64,000 nt of DNA from NCBI GenBank assembly GCA_964252035.1, contig OZ176204.1; one strand, given 5' to 3'. The position numbers and the translations under genes were made by a program. The notes under the pieces are model-generated. The model worked only from the letters and a program-made list of their open reading frames with translations, searched no databases and was not told the origin of the DNA. How positions within the stretch are numbered: position 1 is the first letter of the stretch; each line of letters starts with the position of its first letter. Positions 52,101 through 62,139 of the stretch are shown here, in pieces. The DNA comes from Podarcis erhardii (taxonomy: Eukaryota).

Positions 52101-55100
52101 TTGGTATGTCTGTGTTCAGAAGAGGAATGGCATGAAAATAAGAGTAGGCATGAACAACAGGGTCAGTAGTGAGCCCAGCGCTGAAAGAGAGCAACATAAA
52201 CAAGTGCAAAAACCTTGAATGGGCAAGGAAATGAACCAGCTGACTCTGGAAGTGTCATCAGCAAATTCAGCCATTGAGCCAAATGAGATGCAGGCTTCAG
52301 GTTTCCTGCCTGTGGTGTAGTTCTTCTCAGAAATATAAGCCACATAACAAGTGGAACAGTATAAATTCATAGCTTTATTATGCACTTTGAGTCCAATCCA
52401 AAGGCTTAGGCGTAGCAGGAACAGGAGGACAGTGTTAAAAGAAGCTGCCGGATTAAAGAAAATCCATTAAAGTTATCAAATAATAAATTGTTTCGGGATA
52501 AGTTATTTCAAAACCCCGTTTAAATGGAGTGTAGTCTTATCTTTGATATTAAATGATCTATCATGTGTGATCCTTAAGATATTGTATTATTGATTCAACG
52601 GCACCCATGACAATAAATTCTTAATATTATTTGTTTTAGATTTATATATTCTTCATTACTTAATAATAGTTACACACCTCTGTCCCATTCTCTTGAAATA
52701 AAATGGCCCTAGCTTTTATCAAGCCAAGTATTTATGTGAATAAGGATTGTAGGATTTCTAAAAGATACCAAATTGCTATTTTATTTCTCAGTATATTAGA
52801 AAGTATAAGGAGTAAATATAATATATAGTTTCTCCTGTATTTGTAAAGGAGCAAAAACTATACATAGGACCCAATAGTAATCTTTTGGCAATGTAAAAAC
52901 TGGAATAAACAAGCAGTATAGATATGGCAATAATCCAAGAGTAGAAACAGAGAGAATTTCCATTACTAGAATGATGAAATATGATCTTGGATATGGTATA
53001 CATGTTGAAATTGATAGCTATTCTAAAGGTTAACAAGAGAGCAAGAGTCTTATTGAAAAATTGTCATTGTTCATAATGTATTAGTGTAATAACAAAGTGC
53101 AAGATAATGTGTTTTATTTATTTCTTCCTTCCCTCTTGTATAAACACAGACATTATAGGTTAAGTGTTGCTTTATTTATTTTCTTATTTTTTCCATGTTA
53201 TAGAGGCAGGAAAATAGAGTTTTTTACGGGGTTTTTTGGTAATTTTTTTAACAACAAAGCTGGCTGTATCCTTTGCTTATTACAGGGGAAAGTAGCTTAT
53301 GTAGCAACACAAGAAAATGGAGAGTATTTTCTGTGGAATCCACTGAGTGGCCAGTGCTATAAGCAGTTTGATGCATTTTGCCCTCTACAGAGTGTTGATT
53401 GCTTAATCAGCTGGGAAAATGTAAGTATGATTAAATGGAGCAGAAATACAAAATACTGTTACATGCTTCCTGCATCATTGTGGGAAGATTCATTGGCAGT
53501 GGTGGGTTTGTAATACTGTATTTCTTTACAGTAACAGAACATAGTGATGACAAATACACCCTTCTAATTAGATTTAACAGCTTGCAGCAGATTTCCAGAG
53601 AGCAACATTTATGGTCTGACCCTCCTCCTTGCAGCCCTGTTTCCAACTAATTTCAGCTGTAAAGCTCTCAGGCAGCTTACCCGTTCACTCACATTTAAAT
53701 TATCAACCAATTTTAGATGCTTTTCCTCAGCTGAAGAAGGCCCAGGACATACCCAGCTTGAGCCTGATAACTATATTTCCCGATAAAAGTTCCCATTAAC
53801 CATCACTGTTGTGAAAATGTTGTAATCTGGGTAGAGAAATTGGCAATATTATACCACTAATGAGGGATCTTTGTAAGGTTTGGGAGTTAATACAATTAGT
53901 GTTTGTTTCCAGGTTGGTGGCAATGAGTCTCCAGCTAAGATATCATTCTGCAATATAGTCATATGTGCGACTATTAAATCTGTAAATATTTTATAAAATA
54001 CTGTAGAAAATCCATCTGGACCAAGAGATTTTCTCACTTCTAGTTTTTAATTGCCATTCCATAAGTCCACAGCTTCCTTTACAGTTGGTATTTGTGTTGT
54101 GCTTAAAAAATTGTATCTTTTTTTTTTTTTTTGAGGAGTACGAGGAGGAGAAAAATTCTTTATACTTCTCAGATTTGTTATGTAGAAAATACTTTTCTCC
54201 TGGTTTATTTTTAATGGCAGTTATAGTTTCTTTATTGCTTTTATTTCATAATCTTGTGGCTAAGAGTTTAGACCCTCTTCACCCCAGATTCGTATTTTGT
54301 TTTGTTTTAAGTACAGCTGTATCATAGTTTTCTCTATTTCTATGGTCTCCAATTCTTTCCACTTTATTTGCAATTTTTTAAAAAGCATTTTTGATCCTGT
54401 AACTGTGTGTTTGTTCCAGAAGGGAAATTTCCTGTTCCAGTTGTCATTTTTGTGTCCTGCGTGATATGTTTAAAAGTGATTTTTCCTGTATACATGCCCC
54501 TTTCAACACTGCCTTCATTGTTTCCCACAATAGACCAGAGCTTATTCCTTCCGTATTATTTTCCTTATTTTTTTCTAATATTTTAGTCAGTCTTTCTCTT
54601 ATTACAGTCGTACCTCGGGTTAAAGTCACTTCAGGTTGAGCGTTTTCAGGTTGCATTCCTCAGCGACCCAGAAGTAACAGAACGGGTTACTTCCAGGTTT
54701 CGCTGTTCGCGCATGTGCAGATGCTCAAAATGACGTCATGCACATGCGCAGAAGCGGCAAATGCTCAGGATGCGAACGGGGCTCTAGAACAGATCCCGTG
54801 CGCATCCAGAGGTACCACTGTAATTGATTTGTTATGAAATACCCTAGTGAGGTTGTATGTTCAACTGGAGTGAATTCAAATTTGGTGCAGACTGGGGCAT
54901 GCTCTGTTAATTTGATCTCTCCTGTTTGTGTTCTTTCACCGCATTTAACAGTGCGGTGGATGTCAATAGGAAGTCTATTCTGGATCACAAGCTAAACACT
55001 GGGTACACATATGTGAGTCATATCTCTCAGATTCATCTCCCCACAGACATTCCTTAGTCCCCACTCTTCTATAAACCTCACCAGTTTCAGTTGGTCTCTG

Positions 55101-58100
55101 CCTTTGTTAAGTTCTGTAGTGCTGCTACATTTCTGGAACAGCCCACTTTGCAAAACTTCATATAAACACAGGAACTTCTATATTTTGAATCAAATCCAGT
55201 ATAGACTGGTGGTATTATGTATTAATTTCAGTGTATGTGGAAATGGGAGTATCATTCAGTGACAGCAGATGTTTTGTAAGCAGAAGGTCCTAGGTTCAGT
55301 CCATGGCATTTCCAGCTAAAAGGATATGTGGTAGCAGAACTAGTTCAAATATGTGTTTATTTCAATTATTTATTGTTGACATTTTATGTCTTGATAGGTC
55401 TGGTTCAACATACAGCAGAACAGTTCACCAATGTGTGTCAGTTTTGATATTTCAAAGGAAAGCTTATGGAAACAGTTTCTTCCATACCATGTTCAGGATT
55501 TAAAAATGCAGACTGTACAGGTGACAAATATTTCAAAAAGTACTTACCTTGCAAGTGACTTGCCCAGTGGGGCAGTCCCTCACTGGATGAGCCAACATAT
55601 TACATATTGTGGTAAGAAGGAAAGAAGAATTTGAGCTAGAATTCTGCTTTAAAAAATTGCAAGTTGCTCTGATACCTGAGAGCTGTGTGTGCATTTAAAT
55701 CAGGGGTGAGGAACCTCCATGTCACAGGCCTAATTAGACCCACCAAGACTCTCAGTTTGGTCTGTGGAGCTATTTTGGGCAAACCACACCTACCTGTCAG
55801 TCAAAAGACATCAAACACAGAAATAATGTGAGCCTTTGTTGTACAAAGCAGTTTAGCAAGGGCACTCAAAAAGGGTGGTCTTCAACATCATTCAATCAAC
55901 TTTAGGTCAGTGTAGAAGACACAGGTGTTTACTATTTAATAGAGACCATCATAGGATGGAATGCTGGATTGTAGAAATTCTGTTCAATTCTTTACTGTCT
56001 TCATAGCTCAGTCAGTAGAGCCTGAGACTCTTATTCTCAGGGTCATGGGTTTGAGTTGGGCAAAGGATTCCTGCATTAAAAGGGGTTGGACTAGATAATG
56101 CTCGTGATTCCTTCCAACTCTACAATTGTATGGTTCTATGATTCTTTTAGGAGGAAAGAAACATGCAGTCTCATGGAATCTGGAACTGGAACCACAGGCT
56201 AATCCAACATTTCCTCATAGTGGGAAAACAGATGAGAGCTGAAGTTAGAGGGAGGAGTCTATTGTCAATTTTATCTGTGCTCTCACTCCTCTCCCATCAG
56301 TGTTAGCATTTTTCTGCACAGCTTCTCTCATTATTAATCTCCGTACCACAAGCAGTATTTAATTGGTGCCAGTTATACTTCAGGAATCTCACTCCCTGAC
56401 CATCTTATACGTTACAGCTGCATTTTCCTAGTAACGTATGAGGTAAAGGTAAAGGTAAAGGTAAAGGTACCCCTGCCCATACAGGCCAGTCGTGTCCGAC
56501 TCTAGGGTTGTGCGCCCATCTCACTTAAGAGGCTGGGGGCCAGCACTGTCCGGAGACACTTCCGGGTCACGTGGCCAGCGTGACGAAGCTGCTCTGGCGA
56601 GCCGGCACCAGCACAGCACATGGAAACGCCGTTTACCTTCCCGCTATAAAGCGGTCCCTATTTATCTACTTGCACTTAGGGGTGCTTTCGAACTGCTAGG
56701 TGGGCAGGAGCTGGGACCAAAAGACTGGAGTTCACCCCACTGCGGGGATTCGAACCGCCAACCATGCGATCGGCAAGCTCTAGGCGCTGAGGTTTTACCC
56801 AAAGCGCCACCCGCGTCCCATAACGTATGAGGTGCTTTGTATCCAAAAATTGTGATACCTTCAGAAAATCGTTCCAGATCCTGCTTAATGTGTATCTGTA
56901 TATTACAGTATTGTACAATATCTGTTTTAGCAAGAAGAACTATTTTACACCCCAACTGATGTAAGTTTAGTCGTAGAGCTACAAAATAGGTATGTACTTT
57001 AAACAACATTCTTTCAAATAACTTTTAAAGTTTAGGAGCTTTGGATCAAACTACACGCTGTGTTAATCATGGTGGTGTTTTTTTAAAGCATTTAATGTTA
57101 CCACTCTTAATTTCAAAGAAAAGCAGCAGGCTGTAGTTATATCATATCATATTGTGGAAGGAAATACCATAGTTTAAATATGCACTGTGTGAAGAAGTGA
57201 TTCGTCTTGTCTGTTCTAATCCTCCACTGTATGATCTTGGGTGCTAGTATTACGACATAGGCCTGAACTCAGACTGAAAAGAGTCTATGTAATACACCAT
57301 CACCACCCTGTCAAGCATCTTCCATAAAAAAGAAAAGAGCGAAATACTAGCAACTGTGGAACAGTTGTTAGACTGTTCTAGGTCCAAGATTTGTGTCATT
57401 TTTGATGTCCTCTACTTTGGGCTAATGAAGGTGATGAATGGTTGGTGAAAGACCCTGTGTGAGAGGCAGGCAAGGGAAGATCTCCCAGGGTGAGAGGCTA
57501 GGAGAAGAAAGGGAAGCTCCCAGTTGAGAGCTGGAAGAGTCTATCCCCTTCAGTGTGAGACTAGGGTTAAGATCTACCTTAGAAGGGGGTTTTGTATTCC
57601 CCCTTTCCCTTTTCTCTTTTTTTGGTTTTATATACTTATTGTTTTTTATTATAATATGATTAATTGGCATCAATTTAAAAGATGCCAAAAAAAGAAGTTT
57701 TTTCATCCAGCCTGCTGACCAGAAAGAAGCCTTGTAATAAGTTATCTGCCTTCTTCTGTTGCAGTGTCAGTTATGCCACTCAAAAGGCAAGGCCCATTAG
57801 CAAACTTGACATCATGACCACTTTCCATTCAGCCTCACTTCCTTCTTATCATAGCTTCTCTTGCATGTATGGTTTGTATGTAATTTCCCCCTTTGCAAAT
57901 ATTGTTTCTGTTCTACATTCCATGACACCCACTAATTTAGACGTTTTGTCACTACAGTGTTAATACAACACTACGTTTTGTTAATACAATGCTGTAATGG
58001 TTACTGTTCATGCTGCTACTTTTTTAAAAAAACCAGGATTGAAAAGACTTTGAAAAAGAAATTTATGGAATGGCGATCTCAGCAGCCAACTCGGTGGCAT

Positions 58101-58830
58101 CGACAGTGTACCAGTGTCTTACGACAAATTCTCTCAAATCTAGAATTTAGAAATGGACAGACAGCTAGAGAAAAAGAAGAAAATAATTTAGAGGCTTTCC
58201 AGGAACATTACTGGGTTAGTGTTTATGCTGCTAGATTACTGAAATGTCCTGTTCTCAGGGACACTCACTCCCATTATTTCTGCTCTTATAAAGGGTGTGT
58301 GTGTGTGTGTGTTGGATCTTTGCAGTCAGGACTGAGCCACAGGCAGACATCACTTAGGAGCTAGGCACAAGGGTTCAGAGATAAGGGATCATGCCCAAGA
58401 TTTAGAGTTGAGGGGACTAGTGCTCAGAGGTAAAGCCAGAACTCAGAACCAGAACTTAATTATTTCACTAGGTGGCCTTGTTTTTATTTAAACAAACTTC
58501 AAACATGAAACACAGTGTTAAGGTACTGAAAACTTATAGAATTTATACTTTCTAAAGTTTAATATCGTTGCTGAGCAAATATGCAACGTTTGATGTTTGA
58601 CACAGTGATTATTTTATAATTTATTTTCTAAATTTTTGTAGGTTACAGGATTTCCTATTCAAATGCCGTATCTGGATCTACAGTCAATAACTGAAGCTGT
58701 TTATCAGACAGGAATTCATTCTTCAGAGGTTCCCAACACAGAATTTGCTCTTGCTGTGTATATTCATCCTTACCCAAATAACATGTTATCTGTCTGGATA
58801 TATTTAGTATCTTTGGTACGCCATCAGTAA
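20078..58830 (+). CDS. CC2D2B: Coiled-coil and C2 domain-containing protein 2B, about 1476 aa, about 35 coding exons
   Basis: Phase-consistent exons: 20078-20125 (tentative), 21259-21327, 22735-22801, 23344-23423, 23669-23737, 24791-24883, 26418-26601, 27225-27361, 27469-27594, 28879-29088, 29442-29539, 35522-35662, 36419-36545 (tentative), 36840-36961, 38406-38583, 39397-39547, 40609-40756, 40840-40978, 41306-41509, 42024-42113, 42578-42672, 42965-43135, 45446-45548, 47173-47282, 48222-48318, 48851-48949, 49218-49400, 50302-50505, 50865-50954, 51834-51947, 53286-53420, 55398-55520, 56931-56989, 58037-58214, 58642-58830 (sum 4431 nt). Peptides match recalled human CC2D2B: [72 protein letters not shown], ending VRHQ*. 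Confidence 0.95.
21558..21697. mobile_element. Degenerate palindromic hAT MITE, same family as 35959 and 50047
   Basis: ctccagatgttttggactaca...tgtagtccagagcacctggaggg. Confidence 0.6.
21898..22365. mobile_element. GC-rich hAT-type MITE containing a (TTTG)n microsatellite
   Basis: Right end tagctacgccgctg; near-TSD AATAAGAG / AACAAGAG. Confidence 0.55.
24250..24740 (-). mobile_element. Ancient L2-like relic
   Basis: Purine-rich plus strand resembling reversed L2 RT region; heavily diverged. Confidence 0.35.
25719..25903. mobile_element. hAT MITE
   Basis: TIR caggggttgtcaacct / aggttgactattcctg; TSD GACTAGAC / GACTAGGC. Confidence 0.75.
28298..28522. mobile_element. Tc1/mariner (Tigger-like) MITE
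   Basis: TIR cagtggtacctcggg / cccgaggtaccactg; TA on the right side. Confidence 0.85.
29659..29988 (+). repeat. 5' LTR
   Basis: Two 40-bp U3 tandem copies (29676-29755), six CCAAT/ATTGG boxes, TATATAA at about 29887, AATAAA at about 29946. Confidence 0.97.
29990..30007 (+). other. Primer-binding site, tRNA-Ser(GCU)
   Basis: TGGCGACGAGGATGGGAT is complementary to the recalled vertebrate tRNA-Ser(GCT) 3' end ATCCCATCCTCGTCGCCA. Confidence 0.85.
30114..34193 (+). CDS. Gypsy Gag-Pol polyprotein, 1359 aa (Gag-Zn knuckle-PR-RT-RNaseH-IN)
   Basis: Knuckle [14 protein letters not shown]; protease LDTGS; [12 protein letters not shown]...LQFG...FFDD; RNase [13 protein letters not shown]...TDHKPL...DALSRLP; integrase HHCC (HETHPG...HCQAC) and D-D-E (HVDFAGP, SDNG, GQAERMV). 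The PR-RT-RH-IN order is that of Ty3/Gypsy. Confidence 0.97.
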   Translation: MATDSNFSPFNPASGDWEAYASRFTFLLEAKGVTDDEDAKKRAIFFSVCGEETFEIARALLAPEDVATVPYKTIMEQLKGHFSPQPSVVARRNAFYAKRQAPGETITGFVTSLRQAARFCNFSELENMLRDRLVGGLRDEKLQRRLYAKKNLTFQVALEEALATEAAERSTQEARPSQPSQPRVHHEDLTDDSGSDREEVHRVQQRTQAAHIPQLPRREGGNCASCGESHERRTCRFRNAECRQCRKSGHIARVCRARPTRHQASDDQSKNPRSRGPTHQGNSTELTDFQVYQLPHPNIEKIYVEVQIEGAPCRMELDTGSTLSIISARTLRKLCPTGGPKLRPAPFTLRDFQKRKVPTMGVGTFRVQYRGRTRQLDLLVVKGPYISLLGLAWFGPLGLAVTGVNHTSLQVDVDAICKEFPGVFDGKLGQYTGPPIALQLDPAVRPVRLKARRVPFALKPRIDEELDRLVEQGVLEPVPNAPWETPIVTPVKPNGSVRICADYKCTINKALTAHAYPVPVVSHVLATLAGSKIFGKLDLAQAYQQLPVDEATAEAQTIVTHRGAFRVKRLQFGVSVAPGIFQNLMDSLLKGIPGVTPFFDDVLIAGPTPEEFEDRLRTVLHRFQTAGLKVKREKCLLGVPQVDFLGFMVDAEGVHPTGDKVRAICDAPAPRNKTELQAFLGLLNFYHSFLPHKAAVAEPLHRLLDKRAPWVWGHRQEAAFQAVKDLLVSNSVLAHFDEKLPVVLACDASPYGIGAVLGHQLPDGREVPVAYFSQTLNATERNYSQIDKEGLAIVKGVKKFHDFLYGRPFTVVTDHKPLLGLFAPEKQTPQVLSPRVLRWSIFLASYQYALIHRPGKAMGHADALSRLPLPETGPDPAPAQEVMSLELLPDRPIQAQEVAHHSKKDRVISRVLDWVWRGWPSSSPGPEFASYTTRKHELSAHKGCLLWGSRVVVPQPLRKRVLTALHETHPGVVRMKALARSYVWWPGIDGEIEAWVKHCQACQESRPDPPRAPVQSWESARAPWSRLHVDFAGPFQAKTFFIVVDSYTKWLEVALVPSTSTSAAIRVLRRLFATHGLPDTLVSDNGTAFTSGEFQTFTAQNAIRHIRSAPFHPATNGQAERMVRTTKDTLRRMTQGDWEYRLATFLLAQHSTPSSTTGRSPAELLMGRRLAIRLDRLHPDRAQDEVGVGEGRNPRTFEAQDPVYAKNFGAGPAWVPATVTRVTGPVSYEVLTDGGQCWRRHCDQIRRRFPGENQEEEDRSEESQGNSGAVRPIEQQGPAGEAEPVNTERSREAERTPEPEPRLSEPVAPDQTASSQPASLEHEPEPEPRTREHPRPQRTRRPPAYLEDYECDLPGRTGT
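34204..34533 (+). repeat. 3' LTR
   Basis: Identical to the 5' LTR by eye except A at 34220 versus G at 29675. Confidence 0.97.
35959..36096. mobile_element. Palindromic hAT MITE
   Basis: TIR caggcttcctcaacctcggccctccag; TSD GCTTAGGC. Confidence 0.88.
36419..36545 (+). CDS. CC2D2B: Tentative divergent CC2D2B exon 13
   Basis: Best stop-free segment found bridging phase 2 (35662) to phase 0 (36840); [17 protein letters not shown] resembles human EQISEMSE; donor AAG|gttctt is weak. Confidence 0.55.
37068..37110. repeat. (GT)n microsatellite
   Basis: About 19 GT units. Confidence 0.95.
37583..37826. repeat. Degenerate GC-rich MITE-like repeat
   Basis: CpG-rich island in an AT-rich intron with ggcgcc blocks; ends only loosely inverted. 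Confidence 0.35.
39908..40013. mobile_element. Short MITE
   Basis: gatgggcatagtc / ggctacacccatg inverted ends; partial 8-bp TSD TGTAGCTC / TGTAGAAC. Confidence 0.5.
43160..44046. mobile_element. Unclassified GC-rich insert, possibly a non-autonomous DIRS/Ngaro-type or LTR-derived element
   Basis: Sharp composition change; ungapped 37-bp inverted arms at 43212-43248 and 44008-44044 (29/37 match); AATAAAGTTGTGGCC at about 43937; no recognisable ORF. Confidence 0.45.
46317..46697. mobile_element. GC-rich hAT MITE with internal inverted repeats
   Basis: TIR caggggtccccaaact / aagtttgctggccactg; TSD TTCTATGA. Confidence 0.82.
48006..48153. mobile_element. Tc1/mariner MITE
   Basis: TA-cagtcataactcgga...tccgagttacgactg-TA. 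Confidence 0.8.
49013..49104 (+). mobile_element. LINE 3' end (L2-like) with a (TAT)n tail
   Basis: gccgcccagagtggctgggg...gatgggcggggtacaaataaa followed by about 13 TAT units. Confidence 0.6.
49511..49990 (-). mobile_element. CR1 LINE 3' fragment
   Basis: Minus-strand peptide [55 protein letters not shown] resembles the CR1 ORF2 C-terminus. Confidence 0.88.
50047..50182. mobile_element. Palindromic hAT MITE
   Basis: TIR caggcataggcaaactcggccctccag; TSD CTCTACAC. Confidence 0.88.
53560..55100 (-). mobile_element. Decayed L1/Tx1 ORF2 fragment interrupted by a MITE
   Basis: Endonuclease SRIDFLLTS and EHAPV; linker [12 protein letters not shown]; RT start [14 protein letters not shown]...[12 protein letters not shown]; stops and frameshifts present. 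Confidence 0.8.
54605..54820. mobile_element. Tigger-like MITE nested in the L1 relic
   Basis: TA-cagtcgtacctcggg...gaggtaccactg-TA. Confidence 0.85.
56003..56144 (+). mobile_element. tRNA-Lys(CTT)-derived SINE with a CR1-type tail
   Basis: atagctcagtcagtagagcctgagactcttattctcagggtcatgggttt...ccttccaactctacaatt; same family as 19361. Confidence 0.78.
56445..56820 (-). mobile_element. Sauria SINE, full length
   Basis: (ACCTTT)n tail, A/B boxes, 13-bp TSD TAACGTATGAGGT at 56432-56444 and 56821-56833. Confidence 0.93.
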
Positions 58831-59107
58831 GCAGTACCACAAAACTCGTCAGGAATCAAGAATTTTGATGCAGCCTTGAGGAGCTTGCTGGTTGTGATGT
58901 CTGAATTTTCACTCTCATATCAACAAGTAGTAGTTAGTTATGTCTTGAGATTCACATTGCTTTTGCAGAGATTATCTCTTAAATGTTCCTCACATATTGC
59001 TTACTAGATATATGTAAAAATGCTGTTCGTTTGTAATTGTATTAACTTGTGTTTTCATTTACTTTCTGCAGTGGTAAACAGCATGAAAAAGATTTTAATA
59101 ATCAGAA

Positions 59108-59113
59108 AATAAA
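59108..59113 (+). terminator. Probable CC2D2B poly(A) signal
   Basis: AATAAA about 280 nt after the stop codon, followed by T/GT-rich sequence. Confidence 0.55.
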
Positions 59114-59769
59114 AGCTTTCCTTGCACACATCTCTATATTGCAAGATTTAAATTAGCCAGATTCAAAATGTTATATTGCTGGTTCAAGGACTTGTGTTTC
59201 TAATGACTACCCAGTGAAAGCATCCTTGGATCAATATTCACCATGAAGCCAAGGGACCAAACCTCCTTTACCTTTGGATAATGTCTGAAATGGCATATTA
59301 GCCAGCGATTTGGTTCATTCTGTAGACACTCCTGCATACCATCCTATGCGCAATAGTCAGTGTCTTACAAGTTTGCAGTTATGTATGTTTTGTATTTCCT
59401 TTAGTACAGGAGTAGAAATACATTGCTGAATAGCTAGCTGCAGAATTCTATGTCATCCTGTTAGCAATTGCCCTATAACCATGCTGATTTCAATGTGATT
59501 TCAGCATAAATAGCCTATAGTTCCACAGCTAGCTGTTTATAACCTAATACAGAAACATTTCCTGTCTTGCTTCCTCTCCTTCTTAGAAGAGGAGGATGTG
59601 TCAGTGGTGGAGTATAAAGTAGATCTTTTTCGCTATAGATTTTTTTAAAAAGTATTTCCTGCCTATTTTGTTTATAGAGTTAGCATATTTTAAAAATAAC
59701 ACATGCTGGGACATATGGTATGGAACGAGCTCCATTCAATTGCTGCACTCAAATATACATACCACTAGA

Positions 59770-62139
59770 GAGATGATTGCTCAAAACTAGTTTTATTTTT
59801 AAAATGAGTGCATGGCACTCAGCTGGAATTTTTTTATTGTAGACATTTCTTTTGCATGACCACGACACATAATTCCTTCACTTGGAATTTCAAGTAGTGT
59901 GTGGATTCAGTGGAGATTGACCAAACCCATTTTTTTATATATAAAAAAGCAAGACCTGGAAATGGTTCACAGTGCATATTCTATTGTCAATATCCTGCTA
60001 GTATGTCAAACTCAAAAGGCTACGGTAAATAATAAATAAATAAAAAATTCAGAGCAGAAAACCACAAACCCAATAGCACATAGTGGATCCTTTGAAGTCT
60101 AATGACTTAAATACAAACAATACCCTATTACACATAGGCTTTGCTGTTAACTAATTACCCTCCCCCATAATTCCAGTGTTAATTATCAGCTAATGTTTGA
60201 GTGTACAGGCCTACAAAATAGACTTCTTTTGTATTAGTAACTCGTTTGCTGTCTCACACATGGAGGATGAAAATGAACCCAATGTAAAAAAAAAACAAAC
60301 ACAAAACAAGTAACCTGCTGTTATTTCAAGTCATGGATTACCACAAGACTGTACATTCAACGTATTATTGAGGTAGTCAAACAATGAAGAGTCTTACATA
60401 TAGTATTACAAACTAAGTTGAGTATCTTTCCTTTTCAGATGCATTCTGTAGTCCTTCATCCTCACATATTAAAGTGAAACCACCACAAGTGATACCAGCA
60501 GACCCCCACCTCTTCTATTTGTAACCTTCTCTCTGCCCCTTTAAAGGATAGCATGTGAGAGGAAAACAAGACAATACTTCAAGACCTTAGGAAAGAAGTA
60601 GCAAGGACACTTTATCAAATTGGTGGTGTTCTCAGAATGTTCCCTTCTCTCAAAAACTCCCACATTTGTCAAAGAAACCCTGAAAATATATTACGGTATA
60701 AAATAATCGCCTCAGAGGATTGTTTCTCCTCTAAAGAATATTTTCTTGCAGCATATTCAGCTCTAGGAGAGCCTTTTCAATCAAGCAGTGCCATTTCTCT
60801 CAGAGCGCCAAGTGTTTGGTGATGGTCCCTTTTGTGAGGAAAATCTGTTGACAATTTTTATATATACTTTCCCCTATCAACTCATACTATTCTTTTGAAA
60901 AACTTAATCCATCCCTAGACATCAGGAAGCAAGTGCTACCCTCTGCCTTCAACCATCATGGATTCCTTCTCACATCTACATCAGATAGGAAGCTAGAGAA
61001 GATGTAAGGTGTTCACCTATTTGACACTCTGTTTCTGGTATGAACCCAAGTATAGGAAATTAAATAGCTAAAAACTATCACCTTTCTGATAGTTATGCAC
61101 TTAGCAGTCTTTGTAGGACTATCTAGTTCACATCAGAAAAATATCTGAATCACTATTAATACGATTGTAGAAACAAGAAGTTGTAGCTGTTCTGGTAGAG
61201 CCTGAGAACTTCAATCCCGTATTTGCTCTGCAACTATCATGTACAATGCTATGTTTCTTGAAAAGATTTAAATTGTACTTTCTCCCTATTTAAGTAGGAA
61301 TTCAATACAATGGAGAGGGAAAAAAGGATTTGGGTCATAAATAGTTGGTTACATAATCTAGGGGAAACCACAAACAATATTCAGTTGGCTATGGTACAAC
61401 ATTGGTTTTGTTTGAAGATAGCACACCATTCTTCCCAATAGAAAGCACAATTTTGGATTAAGGGAGTAGTCTGGATGAGTATCTGAACTCCCTTTGGTAT
61501 TTGCTATGGCCATTACCCTGAGTGAGGAAACCCAAGAACACTACTTAAATGATATACACCAGTATCAAAGTAGTTTGATTATTCCCTGAGTTAGTATGAC
61601 AGTTTAGCTCTAAACTGGTTTCAGCAAACACTAAAGTACTTTGAAGTATGAGATATACAAAAAAGTTAACCCAAAGGGCATTCTAACACAAAATCTCATC
61701 CAAAGATCTTGAACGAGAGCAGAACTGCCAATTTCAAACAAGAGGTTCTCTCCTCTCTCCCATGTGGCTCTCCAAACTGAAGGAAAGCATGGCACTTGGT
61801 GCAGTTTAAAGTCTTATTCAATACTGTATAGCGAAGGGTAGACGCAGTGGTCCCTTTAGAACCACACAGGATCATTCCTCTTCACGGGAAGACAAACTAA
61901 GCCAGTGCAGCAGTTTCTCAGCATCAGTTTTAAGCGCAGGCTTCAACTGAACAAATGCAACAACTGTGAACGGGGAGTATTCCATCCTTCTCAGGTTATT
62001 AACACCTTATCAGTGTGTATAATCTCATATTAGCAGTTCCTGCAATTGAGTTACCTTTAAAAAAAAGTATTCAACTACTTCTCTGCTGTTAAGAGGGAAA
62101 AGAGAGGACTGTCCTCCTTGCAGCGTTCTGCTGTAGTTA
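59770..62139 (-). promoter_or_regulatory. CCNJ: CCNJ 3' UTR (about 2.3 kb) with miRNA seed sites and poly(A) signals
   Basis: Minus-strand AATAAA at 59792-59797 and 59833-59838; 8mer sites for let-7 (60369-60376), miR-205 (60452-60459), miR-146 (61203-61210) and miR-125 (61583-61590). The 3' end is inferred. Confidence 0.65.

Noticed and set aside
56003-56065. tRNA-Lys-like sequence (also at 19361)
   Set aside because: Degenerate T arm and acceptor stem, and directly joined to a CR1-type tail, so these are SINE heads rather than tRNA genes.
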